Source: Nitrospirota bacterium (GTDB taxonomy: Bacteria; Nitrospirota; Nitrospiria; Nitrospirales; NS-4). From it: 64,000 nt of DNA. The notes under the pieces were generated by a model. It worked only from the letters and a program-made list of their open reading frames with translations, was not told the DNA's origin and made no database searches. Made by a program: the position numbers and the translations under genes. Below, piece by piece: positions 42,037 through 52,263 of this stretch. Position 1 is the stretch's first letter; the number at the start of each line of letters is the position of its first letter. Where the stretch lies: the NCBI GenBank assembly GCA_963788195.1, contig CAWBGA010000001.1, positions 160,001 to 224,000 on the forward strand. The letters run 5' to 3'.

Positions 42037-43194
42037 GTGAATTCAAAGTCATCTCACGCCGCGGAATATTTCGCTGAGGCTGGTCAGATCAGCGAACGCA
42101 TCGATTACGAGATGGTTGAGCGTATTGCGGAAGGCCTTGCGGATCTGCGCGCGAGAGGCGGACGACTGTTTTTGTTGGGTGTCGGGGGGAGTGCCGCGAA
42201 TTGTAGCCATGCCGTCAACGACTTCCGGAAACTCTGCGGAATCGAAGCGTATACCCCCGTCGATAACGTGGCGGAACTGACGGCACGCACCAATGATGAA
42301 GGCTGGGAAACTGTCTTTGCCGCCTGGTTGAGGGTTAGTCGCGCAAGTGACAATGACGCTATCTTTGTGTTCTCGGTCGGCGGTGGGAGTGCTGCGAACA
42401 ACATCAGTGTGAATCTCGTCCGCGCCGTCGACGAAGCGAAACGCAAGGGATTGAGGATTTATGGCGTCGTCGGTCGCGATGGGGGGTACACGAAGCAGAT
42501 GGGCGATGCGGTTCTGGTGATTCCGACCGTCAACACCGAGCGCGTGACCCCGCATACGGAGGCCTTTCATGCCGTTGCGTGGCATTGCCTGGTCTCTCAT
42601 CCCAAGCTGCAGCTCAGCGATACAAAGTGGGAAAGCTCGGCCAGGCTTGCCCAACCAATGACTGAAACGCGGGCCGTTTTTATTGACCGCGACGGTGTCA
42701 TCAATCGTGCCTTTGTCCGAAACGGCGTCCCTTATCCGCCGGCCTCCCTGGGCGAGTTTGAAATCCTTCCAGGTGTCGCCGAGGCCATTCTTCAACTGAA
42801 GCAGGCAGGTTTCGCGGTGATCGTCGCGACAAATCAGCCTGATGTTGCGAAGGGAATCCAGCGCAGGGAGGTCGTCGAGGCGATGCACTCGTGCCTTCTT
42901 AAGGAATTGGCGGTCGACGAGGTAAAGGTGTGCTGGGACCTCGACACCCCCGAAGGGACCTATTACAAGCCGAAACCAGGCATGCTTCTGGCGGCGGCGA
43001 AAGAACGCGAAATTAATTTGACCCGCAGTTACATGGTGGGAGATCGCTGGCGAGACGTAGGCGCAGGGAAGGCCGCCGGCTGCTTCACGATTTTTATTGA
43101 TCGCGGTTATGCAGAGCCATTACGTGATACCCCTGACGCGATCTGCGCCGATTTACGGGAGGCGGCCGCTATCATTCTTCGGCATGCCTCGTAG
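42037..43194 (+). CDS. SIS-domain phosphosugar isomerase (GmhA-like) fused to a HAD-IIIA GmhB-like phosphatase
   Basis: GVGGSAANCSHAVND...TARTNDEG; then FIDRDGVI, TNQPD, KPKPGML, MVGDRWRD. Confidence 0.9.
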   Translation: MNSKSSHAAEYFAEAGQISERIDYEMVERIAEGLADLRARGGRLFLLGVGGSAANCSHAVNDFRKLCGIEAYTPVDNVAELTARTNDEGWETVFAAWLRVSRASDNDAIFVFSVGGGSAANNISVNLVRAVDEAKRKGLRIYGVVGRDGGYTKQMGDAVLVIPTVNTERVTPHTEAFHAVAWHCLVSHPKLQLSDTKWESSARLAQPMTETRAVFIDRDGVINRAFVRNGVPYPPASLGEFEILPGVAEAILQLKQAGFAVIVATNQPDVAKGIQRREVVEAMHSCLLKELAVDEVKVCWDLDTPEGTYYKPKPGMLLAAAKEREINLTRSYMVGDRWRDVGAGKAAGCFTIFIDRGYAEPLRDTPDAICADLREAAAIILRHAS

Positions 43195-43229
43195 ATGCTG
43201 ATGCAGATCCGTCATCCGAAGGAGGGACA

Positions 43230-43973
43230 ATGAGGCATCTGGATGGAATGAACATCAAGATTTTCGCAGACGGGGCGGATGTCAGCGGCATCAAGACGAT
43301 GTACGCGAAGCCGTGGATCAAAGGCTTCACGACCAACCCTACGTTAATGCGGAAGGCCGGTATCGTAGATTACAAGGCGTTTGCCCTCGAGGTGCTCAGG
43401 GTTGTGCCGGACAGGCCTGTCTCGTTCGAGGTCTTCGCCGATGATTTTGATGCGATGGAGGATCAGGCGATGGAAATCGCCTCGTGGGGCAGCAATGTCA
43501 ATGTCAAGATCCCGGTGACCAATACGAAACGTACCTTTTGTGGTTCCTTAATCCGTGCGCTCTCGACGGCCGGGGTCAAGCTCAACATTACCGCTGTCAT
43601 GACCGTTGACCAGGTCCGTGACATTGTCGATCACCTTATCGGTAACACGCCTGCCATTATCTCCGTGTTTGCCGGTCGCATCGCCGATACCGGCGTGGAT
43701 CCGGTGCCTGTAATGAGGGACGCCTTGAAGCTGTTAAAAAGCAGGCCGAAGGCAGAACTCCTGTGGGCGAGCCCACGAGAGTTGCTGAACATCGTGCAGG
43801 CGAACGAGATCGGCTGTCATATCATCACCGCCACCAACGATATCCTGGCCAAGTTATGCCTGCTAGGCAAAGATCACAGCGAGTATTCACTCGAAACTGT
43901 CGAGATGTTCCACCGGGATGCGACAGCCGCCGGATACACCATTCCGTATGAGCGCCGTGCCGTCGCCTCTTAG
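43230..43973 (+). CDS. tal: Transaldolase (small type)
   Basis: IFADGAD, GFTTNPTL, SFEV, VKIP (Schiff-base Lys), SVFAGRI. Confidence 0.9.
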   Translation: MRHLDGMNIKIFADGADVSGIKTMYAKPWIKGFTTNPTLMRKAGIVDYKAFALEVLRVVPDRPVSFEVFADDFDAMEDQAMEIASWGSNVNVKIPVTNTKRTFCGSLIRALSTAGVKLNITAVMTVDQVRDIVDHLIGNTPAIISVFAGRIADTGVDPVPVMRDALKLLKSRPKAELLWASPRELLNIVQANEIGCHIITATNDILAKLCLLGKDHSEYSLETVEMFHRDATAAGYTIPYERRAVAS

Positions 43974-44003
43974 TCTGCGTGCTCTTTCACCGAGAGGTCT
44001 GTA

Positions 44004-45000
44004 TTGAAGAACGTTCTGATCACCGGCGGAGCCGGCTATGTGGGCACGCTACTCGTCCCTCAATTGACGGACGCGGGCTACCACGTAACGGTCTACGACA
44101 CCATGTACTACGGTTGCGAACTCATCCCTGGCGCTCACCTGAATATCATCAAGGCCGATATCCGGGACACTGTGACATTTCGCAAGGCCTGCAGCGGTAT
44201 CGACGCCGTGATCCATCTGGCTTGCATTTCGAACGATGCCGGCTTTGAACTGGATGAACGGCTGAGCCAGACGATCAACTACGACTGTTTTGAGCCGCTG
44301 GTTATTGCGGCCAAAGACCAGGGTGTGAAGCGTTTCATCTATGCCTCGTCAAGCTCCGTGTACGGTGTCTCCGATGCGCCTGAAGTCACCGAGGAGCATC
44401 CGCTGGTACCGCTGACGCTCTATAACAAGTTCAAAGGCATGTGCGAGCCGATCCTTTTTAAGCATCAGACCGAGGATTTCATCTGCGTCGCCATTCGTCC
44501 CGCCACGGTATGTGGGTATAGTCCGCGGCAGCGGCTGGACCTTTCGGTCAATATTCTCACGAATCATGCCGTCAATAACGGCAGGATCGCGGTCTTCGGC
44601 GGCCAGCAGAAGCGCCCGAATCTTCACGTTCAGGACATGTGTGATCTCTACAAGCTGTTGCTCGAAGTCCCGGACGCGTACATTGCCGGGGAGACCTTCA
44701 ACGCCGGGCTATCAAAATCACACCATCATGGAGATTGCCAAGATCGTGAAAGAGGTGGTGCAGAAGGAGTTTCCCGAAAAGGCCGAAATTCCGATTGAGA
44801 TCACCCCGACGAACGACAATCGTTCCTATCACATCAACTCCGACAAGATCGCCAGAAAGATCGGCTTCAAGCCCAAGCGGGGAATCGAAGATGCCGTCCG
44901 GGACCTGTGCGGCGCTTTTGGGACAGGGACACTGCCAAACAGCCTCACCGACGACCGCTATTACAACGTCAAAGTGCTGAAACGCATTCGGGTTTCCTGA
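44004..45000 (+). CDS. NAD-dependent epimerase/dehydratase (apparent +1 frameshift near 44708)
   Basis: GGAGYVG, HLACISND, SSSSVYG, YNKFK, RQRLDLSVN; continues GYQNHTI...DNRSYH in ORF 44512..45000. Confidence 0.88.
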
Positions 45001-46007
45001 TGCCTCCGACACCTCTTGCTGTTGTCACCGGTGGCGCGGGTTTCATCGGCAGCCACATGGTCGATCTTCTGGTCGAGCGGGGCTTCCGCATCCGCGTCCT
45101 CGATAGTCTCATCGGCGGCCGCGCAGCGAATCTTGCCCAGCACGCGGCGAATCCTGAGGTCATCCTTGATGAGCGGGATATCCGCGACCTTGCGCCCGAC
45201 GACAAGCTGTTCGCCGGCGCGCGATATGTGTTCCATTTCGCCGGTATCGGGGACATTGTGCCCTCCATCGAGCAGCCTACTGAGTACATGGCGACCAATG
45301 TCCAGGGCACGGTGCACGTGCTCGAGGCAGCGAGACATGCCGGAGTGCGCAAGATGATCTATGCGGCCTCTTCGTCCTGCTACGGGTTGGCGGGGGTACC
45401 GACACGCGAAGAAGATCCCATTGCCCCGCAATATCCATACGCACTGAGCAAATATCTTGGCGAATTGTCCGTCTTTCACTGGCACAAGGTCTATCGACTG
45501 CCGGTGAATGTCATCCGTATCTTCAACGCCTACGGAACCCGCTCGCGCACATCGGGGGCGTATGGCGCAGTCTTCGGGGTCTTCCTGCGCCAGAAACTGG
45601 CCGGCAAGCCGTTTACCGTCGTCGGAGACGGCACGCAGACGCGTGACTTCCTTTACGTGACGGATGTCGCTGCGGCGTTCTTCATGGCCGCAGAGAGTGA
45701 CTATGTCGGAGAAATTTGGAACCTGGGGGCCGGCCACCCACAATCCGTCAATCGCCTCGTTGAACTCCTAGGCGGCGACGTGGTCCACCTCCCTAAACGC
45801 CCCGGTGAGCCGCAGTGCACGTGGGCGGATATCACGAAGATCACGCGCGAACTCGGATGGGCTCCACAGGTGTCGTTTGAAGAAGGGGTCAGGCGCGTAT
45901 TGGCGGAGATCGACTATTGGCGCGACGCGCCGTTGTGGAGTCCGGACTCGATCATGGATGCGACAAAAGTATGGTTCACCTATCTGGGATCGGAGAAACA
46001 GTTATGA
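45000..46007 (+). CDS. NAD-dependent epimerase/dehydratase (SDR)
   Basis: GGAGFIGSH, ASSSCYG, YALSK, GDGTQTRDF. Confidence 0.9.
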   Translation: MPPTPLAVVTGGAGFIGSHMVDLLVERGFRIRVLDSLIGGRAANLAQHAANPEVILDERDIRDLAPDDKLFAGARYVFHFAGIGDIVPSIEQPTEYMATNVQGTVHVLEAARHAGVRKMIYAASSSCYGLAGVPTREEDPIAPQYPYALSKYLGELSVFHWHKVYRLPVNVIRIFNAYGTRSRTSGAYGAVFGVFLRQKLAGKPFTVVGDGTQTRDFLYVTDVAAAFFMAAESDYVGEIWNLGAGHPQSVNRLVELLGGDVVHLPKRPGEPQCTWADITKITRELGWAPQVSFEEGVRRVLAEIDYWRDAPLWSPDSIMDATKVWFTYLGSEKQL

Positions 46008-47555
46008 CGCCGACCCTCTCGCAGCAATATCGCCGGAAAGTCAAGACCGTGGAGGAGCTTGACCAGGATCCTGGGCAAACGGCCTCGTAAGAAAAAGGCC
46101 ATTATGTGTCATGGGGTGTTCGACGTGGTGCACCCCGGGCATCTGCGCCACCTTATCTATGCCAAAAGCAAGGCCCAGATACTGGTTGCCAGCCTCACGG
46201 CAGATGTCCACATCAGCAAGGGACATTATCGGCCTCACGTGCCCCAAGACCTTCGCGCGCTCAACCTTGCGGCGTTCGAAATCGTCGACTATGTGATCAT
46301 TGATTCCAACCCAACGCCGATAAAAAACATCAGCGTCTTACAGCCTGATTTCTTTGCGAAGGGGTACGAGTACACGGCCAGCGGCATGCCGGCAAGGACC
46401 GAAGAGGAGGCGCAGGCACTTCGCGAATACGGGGGCAAGCTTATCTTTACCCCGGGCGATATCGTGTATTCCTCCTCCAAGCTTATCGACCTAGCGCCGC
46501 CCAGCATCAGGATCGAGAAATTGCTCACGTTGATGGACTCAGAGAAACTCACGTTCAATGGCTTGCGTGCGAGTCTCGATCGGTTGAAAGGAAAGCGCGT
46601 GCATGTCGTCGGCGACACCATCGTAGACAGTTACACCCGAACCACGTCGATCGGCGGGCAGACGAAGACCCCCACAATGAGCGTGCTGTATGAGCAGCGC
46701 GATGATTATATCGGCGGCGCAGCGATCGTCGCGGAACATCTGCGGGCGGCCGGCGCAGAAGTCGTCTTTTCAACGGTGCTCGGGGATGATGCCTTGAAAG
46801 AGTTTGTGCTGACTGGACTCAAGAACGCCGGCGTCGAATGCCGGCCCATCATTGACCCGACGAGACCGACCACCAACAAAAACGCCATCGTCGCCGGTGG
46901 CTATCGCTTACTGAAGATCGACATGCTGGACAACCGGTCCATCTCCGATGAGATCTTGGACAGTATCGCCCAGACCATCGGTGAGACGGTGTGCGATGCC
47001 GTCGTGTTCAGTGATTTCCGTCACGGTATCTTTAACCGCCGCACGATTCCCAAATTACTTGCCGCCATCCCGGAAGGAGCCTATAAGGTCGCCGATAGTC
47101 AGGTCGCCAGCCGCTGGGGCAATATCACCGATTTCAAGAATTTTGATCTGATTACGCCCAACGAGCGCGAGGCGAGGTTTGCCCTCGCCGATCAGGACTC
47201 CGGCATCCGGCCGTTGTCCTCTGTGCTGTATGACAAGGCTAAATGTAAGACATTGATGCTCAAGCTGAGTGAACGCGGCGTGCTCACGTGCCGAGGCAGC
47301 GACCACGAGGCGCTGGATTCATTCATCGTCGTGGACTCCTTCGTCGAGCAACTCGTTGATGCCGTCGGGGCAGGCGATGCGCTGCTGGCCTATGCCACGC
47401 TCGCGATGCTGGCCACACGTTCTACCGCAGTCGCGACGATACTCGGCTCCATGGCGGCGGCCTGTGAATGCGAGTGTGACGGCAACATTCCGGTGACGCC
47501 GGATGACGTGCGCCAGAAACTCAACGCGATTGAACGGCAGGCCAATTTTCACTGA
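46004..47555 (+). CDS. Bifunctional nucleotidyltransferase + PfkB sugar kinase (HldE/RfaE-like, reversed domain order; apparent +1 frameshift near 46058)
   Basis: HGVFDVVHPGH (HxGH) N-domain; GGAAIVA, FSDF, ITPNEREA, DAVGAGDA kinase domain. An ATGA-coupled start at 46004 joins the main ORF after removing one base. Confidence 0.88.
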
Positions 47556-48499
47556 TGCCTTCGAGCTTTCGCGTCATCGTTGTCGGCCTCGGTGTCCAAG
47601 GGCACAAGCGCCGGCAATTTGCCGGTGGGGACTTCCTCGCCACCGTGGACCCGGTTAATAAAGAGGCGCAGTACCGAGCCATCGAAGACATCCCCGTGTC
47701 CGGTTATGAGGCCGCCCTCGTATGCATCCCGGATGAGCCCAAAGTCGAAGTCCTCACCTATCTGCTGTCGAACGGAAAACATGTGCTGGTGGAGAAGCCA
47801 CTCTGGGCTGCCGAGGATCGGCAAATCGAACGACTTGAGAAGCTTGCGCGAGCCAACGGCGTTGTCTGCTATACAGCCTACAATCACCGCTTCGAGCCGC
47901 ACTTTGTGCGGATGAAACGCCTCATCGAGTCCGGAGACCTAGGTCGCATTTACCGCTGCCGCATGTTCTACGGTAATGGAACTGCGCGGCTGGTGCGCGA
48001 CTCGGTCTGGCGGGACCAGGGCGCAGGCGTGTTGCCCGATCTGGGCTCGCATCTACTCGACACCGCGCGATTCTGGTTCGGCGAGCTTGGTGAGGACTTC
48101 TCTATTCTCTCCTCCGACTGCTTCGAGAACCGTTCACCCGATCATGTCCTTCTCGGCTCAGGACAAACCGAACCGCGGCTTGAACTAGAAATGACCTTAT
48201 TGTCCTGGCGGAACCATTTTACCTGCGATATTTACGCCGAGAAGGGATCGGCCCATATCAGCTCGCTGTGCAAATGGGGACCGGCGACCTTCACAAGGCG
48301 CACTCGTATTCTCCCGAGCGGCCGCCCACCCGAGGAAAGCGTGATGATGGTGGAGGACGATCCAACCTGGGCGTCGGAATACGCCCATTTTCGCTCTCTT
48401 TGTCAAAAGAGAGCGACGACCGATCTTTCCAATGATCGCTGGCTCAACGGATTGTTGCGTCGCTTGGGCCAGGCTGCCATCGAGGCGGCGAAGCGGTGA
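47555..48499 (+). CDS. Gfo/Idh/MocA oxidoreductase
   Basis: VVGLGVQG, HVLVEKP, YNHRF, DLGSHLLD. Confidence 0.9.
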   Translation: MPSSFRVIVVGLGVQGHKRRQFAGGDFLATVDPVNKEAQYRAIEDIPVSGYEAALVCIPDEPKVEVLTYLLSNGKHVLVEKPLWAAEDRQIERLEKLARANGVVCYTAYNHRFEPHFVRMKRLIESGDLGRIYRCRMFYGNGTARLVRDSVWRDQGAGVLPDLGSHLLDTARFWFGELGEDFSILSSDCFENRSPDHVLLGSGQTEPRLELEMTLLSWRNHFTCDIYAEKGSAHISSLCKWGPATFTRRTRILPSGRPPEESVMMVEDDPTWASEYAHFRSLCQKRATTDLSNDRWLNGLLRRLGQAAIEAAKR

Positions 48500-49830
48500 G
48501 CGCCTTAAGCGAAGGCGCGCCTACGATTGGTTTCGCGGGGCTCACACATCTGGGGCTATGCTCGGCCGTGGCCGCGGCCTCCAAGGGCTTTCAGGTGAAC
48601 GGCTATGACAGCGACAGCGCACGTGTAAAAGAGATTGCGGAGGGGCGCTGGCCTGTTACAGAGCCTGGCCTTGCCGAGCTTGCTGAGGGCCATCGCATCC
48701 GGCTGGCTTGGCGAGACGATATCGGCGTGCTCGGGCTATGCGACGTCGTGTACATCGCGAGCGACGTGCCGACCGACGACCGTGGCTGCTCCGACCTGTC
48801 AGACATCGTCGCGTTGATCGACCGGGTCATTCCGGTGCTCAAGCAACAGGCGATCCTGGTAGTGCTCTGCCAGGTCCCGCCGGGCTTTACCCGCGGAGTC
48901 GCGTTTCCACCCGGCCGCCTCTACTATCAGGTCGAGACGCTGGTGTTTGGCCGCGCCGTCGAGCGGGCCACAAGCCCTGAGCGGCTCATCATCGGCTGCG
49001 CAAATCCCGGCGTGGAATTGCCAAAGGCATTCGGAGAGTTCCTCCGCGCCTTCGGCTGCCCGATTCTGACCATGCGTTATGAGAGCGCCGAGCTTGCCAA
49101 GATCTCGATCAATTGCAGTCTGGTTGCCTCGATCAGTGTGGCCAACACCATGGCAGAGTTGTGCGAAAAGATCGGTGCCGACTGGTCGGAGATCGTTCCA
49201 GCGTTGAAGCTCGACGCACGCATCGGTCAGTACGCCTACCTGGCGCCGGGCTTGGGGCTCGCCGGCGGCAACCTGGAACGCGATCTGGCCACCGTGCTCG
49301 GCCTGGCTGAGACGATGGGCGGCGATGCCGGGGTGATTGAAGCGTGCATGCGTAACAGCCACCATTGCCGTGATTGGGTGCTGCGCACATTACATGAACA
49401 CGTCCTGGGAGTCCGGCCCGACGCCGCGATCGGCATCCTCGGCCTTGCGTACAAGGAAAACACGGACTCGACGAAGAATTCGCCATCCCTGGCATTGTTG
49501 ACGCATCTGACGCCCTGGCGCGTCCAGGTGTATGACCCTGTGGTCAGCGCCGCCGCCGTGCGGCAGCAGAATGCCGTCGGCGCGAAGTCGGCGTTGGAGG
49601 CCGCGCGTGGCATGGATGCTCTCGTGATCATGACGCCATGGCCGGAGTTCCAAAAACTGAGCCCCACACAGCTCGCAAAGATTCTCAGGGGACGCACGGT
49701 CATTGATCCTTATCGGGTGCTGAACGGGACGGCAGTCGTCGCAGCGGGGCTCGACTATTTCACGCTGGGAGCTCCTCCGCTGCGTAGCGCGATTAGGAAC
49801 CCTCCAGTGTCCATTCCCCTCAAGGGATAG
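48496..49830 (+). CDS. UDP-glucose/GDP-mannose dehydrogenase-family protein lacking the catalytic Cys
   Basis: GFAGLTHLG, EPGL, SAELAKISIN, DARIG, GLAYKENTD; PGLGLAGGNLERD in place of the usual PGxGxGGxCxxKD. Confidence 0.88.
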   Translation: MSALSEGAPTIGFAGLTHLGLCSAVAAASKGFQVNGYDSDSARVKEIAEGRWPVTEPGLAELAEGHRIRLAWRDDIGVLGLCDVVYIASDVPTDDRGCSDLSDIVALIDRVIPVLKQQAILVVLCQVPPGFTRGVAFPPGRLYYQVETLVFGRAVERATSPERLIIGCANPGVELPKAFGEFLRAFGCPILTMRYESAELAKISINCSLVASISVANTMAELCEKIGADWSEIVPALKLDARIGQYAYLAPGLGLAGGNLERDLATVLGLAETMGGDAGVIEACMRNSHHCRDWVLRTLHEHVLGVRPDAAIGILGLAYKENTDSTKNSPSLALLTHLTPWRVQVYDPVVSAAAVRQQNAVGAKSALEAARGMDALVIMTPWPEFQKLSPTQLAKILRGRTVIDPYRVLNGTAVVAAGLDYFTLGAPPLRSAIRNPPVSIPLKG

Positions 49831-49854
49831 GGAAGGATGAGGGGGCATCACGCA

Positions 49855-50727
49855 ATGCTCAAGCATACCAATACGGTCGCGACGAAGCCTGCACGCGTTG
49901 TCATTATCGGCGCAGGTGGATTCGTCGGCGGGGCGATCCGCACGCATCTTATCAACGCGGGGGTGACGGTGCTTCCATTGACACGCAGAGAAGTCGATCT
50001 CCTTACACAGGATGCGGCTGTGAAGCTCAAAGCCCTCCTTCGACCGGGCGACAGCGTCGTGATGGTGTCCGCGATGGCTCCCGCAAAGACCGTGCCCGTG
50101 CTGATGCAGAACCTAAAGATGGGCGAGGCAGTATGCGCTGCGCTTTCGGAGGCAGAGATTGCCCATCTTGTGTATATCAGTTCGGATGCCGTGTATGCCG
50201 ATGATGCGAACCCCGTGACGGAACGCTCGTACCTGGCGCCCTCAACAATCCATGGGATGATGCACGCGGCCCGCGAGTTGATGTTGAAGAGCACGACCCA
50301 AGCCCCCGTCGCGATGCTTCGCCCCACTCTTCTGTACGGCGGCGCCGATCCGCATAACGGATATGGCCCCAATCGCTTTCGCCGGCAGGCCGAGAAGGGT
50401 GAGCCCATTCTGATCTTCGGCGAAGGAGAGGAGAGGCGCGATCACGTATTCATCGACGATGTCGCGAAACTGGCCTCGCTTGCCCTGTGGCATCGAAGCG
50501 CCGGCGCCCTGAATGTCGCAACCGGCGTCTCGACGTCGTTTTCTCATATCGCGCATATGGTGATGACGCAGTTCCCTGGATCTGTGATCAAGAGCCTTCC
50601 ACGCGAGGGGCCGCGCCCGCATCTGCTGCATCGACATTTTGATATCGCGGAATGTTTAAAAGCGTTCCCGATGTTTCACTACACACAACTGGAAAAGGGC
50701 CTCGCGTTGTCCAAGAACGGGATCTGA
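49855..50727 (+). CDS. NAD-dependent epimerase/reductase-like SDR (atypical HxxxH at the YxxxK position)
   Basis: IGAGGFVG, YISSDAVY, HGMMH, GEGEERRDHV. Confidence 0.82.
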   Translation: MLKHTNTVATKPARVVIIGAGGFVGGAIRTHLINAGVTVLPLTRREVDLLTQDAAVKLKALLRPGDSVVMVSAMAPAKTVPVLMQNLKMGEAVCAALSEAEIAHLVYISSDAVYADDANPVTERSYLAPSTIHGMMHAARELMLKSTTQAPVAMLRPTLLYGGADPHNGYGPNRFRRQAEKGEPILIFGEGEERRDHVFIDDVAKLASLALWHRSAGALNVATGVSTSFSHIAHMVMTQFPGSVIKSLPREGPRPHLLHRHFDIAECLKAFPMFHYTQLEKGLALSKNGI

Positions 50728-50729
50728 GT

Positions 50730-51386
50730 ATGGGTGAAGTCAATCTGCTTGCCAGGCTGCCCAAGGGCAAACGCAATGTCAACGCCCGTGCCGAGGCAAA
50801 GACGCCTGAGATCATCGCCATTTCGAGGCAGTATGGGGAGCGGTATTTCGATGGGCCACGGACCTATGGCTATGGCGGGTATCGCTATGATGGGCGCTGG
50901 ATTCCGGTGGCTGAGGACATCGTCAAGCACTTCAATCTCAAGCCCGGCGACCGGGTCTTGGATGTGGGCTGTGCGAAAGGATTTCTGGTCAAAGATCTCA
51001 TGAAGGCCTGTCCGGGCCTCGAAGCGTTCGGGCTCGATATTTCCGAATATGCGTTGATGCATTGCGAACAAGAGGTGGTCGGCCGTCTTCACCTCGGCAG
51101 CGCAGACAAACTGCCGTTTCCGGATAAGAGCTTCAACGCGGTTCTTGCGATCAACACGATCCATAACCTGGAACGGCAGGATGGCATCCGGGCGGTTCGA
51201 GAGATGGAGCGTCTGGCCCCCGGGCGAGGCTTCATCCAGGTGGACTCGTATCGTACCCCGGAGCAGAGAGAAGTATTTCTTGAATGGGTGCTCACCGCCC
51301 GATTTCATGATTATCCGGATGGATGGCTGAAAATGTTTTCGGAAGCCGGATACACGGGCGATTATTATTGGACGATCATTGAATAA
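50730..51386 (+). CDS. Class I SAM-dependent methyltransferase
   Basis: YFDG..YGYGGY, VLDVGCAKGFL, GLDISEYA, LPFPDKSF. Confidence 0.9.
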   Translation: MGEVNLLARLPKGKRNVNARAEAKTPEIIAISRQYGERYFDGPRTYGYGGYRYDGRWIPVAEDIVKHFNLKPGDRVLDVGCAKGFLVKDLMKACPGLEAFGLDISEYALMHCEQEVVGRLHLGSADKLPFPDKSFNAVLAINTIHNLERQDGIRAVREMERLAPGRGFIQVDSYRTPEQREVFLEWVLTARFHDYPDGWLKMFSEAGYTGDYYWTIIE

Positions 51387-51432
51387 CGTGTAATGCGCTG
51401 CATCGATTTGTAATAGGACGGAGGACAATCAG

Positions 51433-52263
51433 ATGAACACCGCGAGGCAATCCGATGGTTTTGATGTTCAGGCAGCACGCCGCCGATGCCTGCAGTTTCG
51501 CCGCCGGATTCTGGATATCTCGCAGAATGTGTCGGCCCTGCACATCGCCCCGGCTTTTTCGTGTCTCGAGACCGTGGATCTTATTTATCATGGCTTAATG
51601 CGGCGGCAAGATGGTCATTCCCCCGATACGTTCATCATGTCCAAAGGTCACGGTTGCATGGCTCAGTATGTGATCCTCGAATCGCTCGGCGTGCTTAGCG
51701 CCGACGATCTTGCGAAATATTGCAAGCCGAATGGCCGGCTCGGTGCCCACCCGGATTATGGCGTGCCCGGCATCGCGGCCTCAACCGGTTCGTTGGGCCA
51801 TGGCTTGTCGATGGCTGTCGGCATGGCGTACGCGGAGAAGATCAAGCAGACCGGCGGGACGGTCTATGCGGTGCTCAGCGATGGGGAGGTGCAGGAGGGT
51901 TCTACGTGGGAGGCGTTCATGATGGGCTCGACCTTAGAGGTAAACAATCTCGTCGCGTTTATCGACAATAACGATTTTCAAAGCCTCGGTCGGACGAGCG
52001 AAACGCATCCCAGTTTTTATCCCCTCACGGATAAATTCCGCGCCTTCGGCTGGGAGACCGTCGAACTCAACGGGCATGATGCCGATGTCCTATATAGGGC
52101 CGTGATCTCCCGCGAGGGCAAGAAGCCGATGGCGGTGATTTGCAAGACGGTCAAGGGCCGAGGGGTGAGCTACATGGAAAATGTGCCGATCTGGCATTAC
52201 CGTGCGCCGAACAAGGAGGAGTACCAGAAGGCCATCAGTGAGCTGACAGAGGTGATCGCATGA
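51433..52263 (+). CDS. Transketolase-like TPP enzyme, N-terminal subunit
   Basis: MSKGHG, STGSLGHG, SDGEVQEGSTWEA...DNN TPP motif, TVKGRG. Confidence 0.92.
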   Translation: MNTARQSDGFDVQAARRRCLQFRRRILDISQNVSALHIAPAFSCLETVDLIYHGLMRRQDGHSPDTFIMSKGHGCMAQYVILESLGVLSADDLAKYCKPNGRLGAHPDYGVPGIAASTGSLGHGLSMAVGMAYAEKIKQTGGTVYAVLSDGEVQEGSTWEAFMMGSTLEVNNLVAFIDNNDFQSLGRTSETHPSFYPLTDKFRAFGWETVELNGHDADVLYRAVISREGKKPMAVICKTVKGRGVSYMENVPIWHYRAPNKEEYQKAISELTEVIA

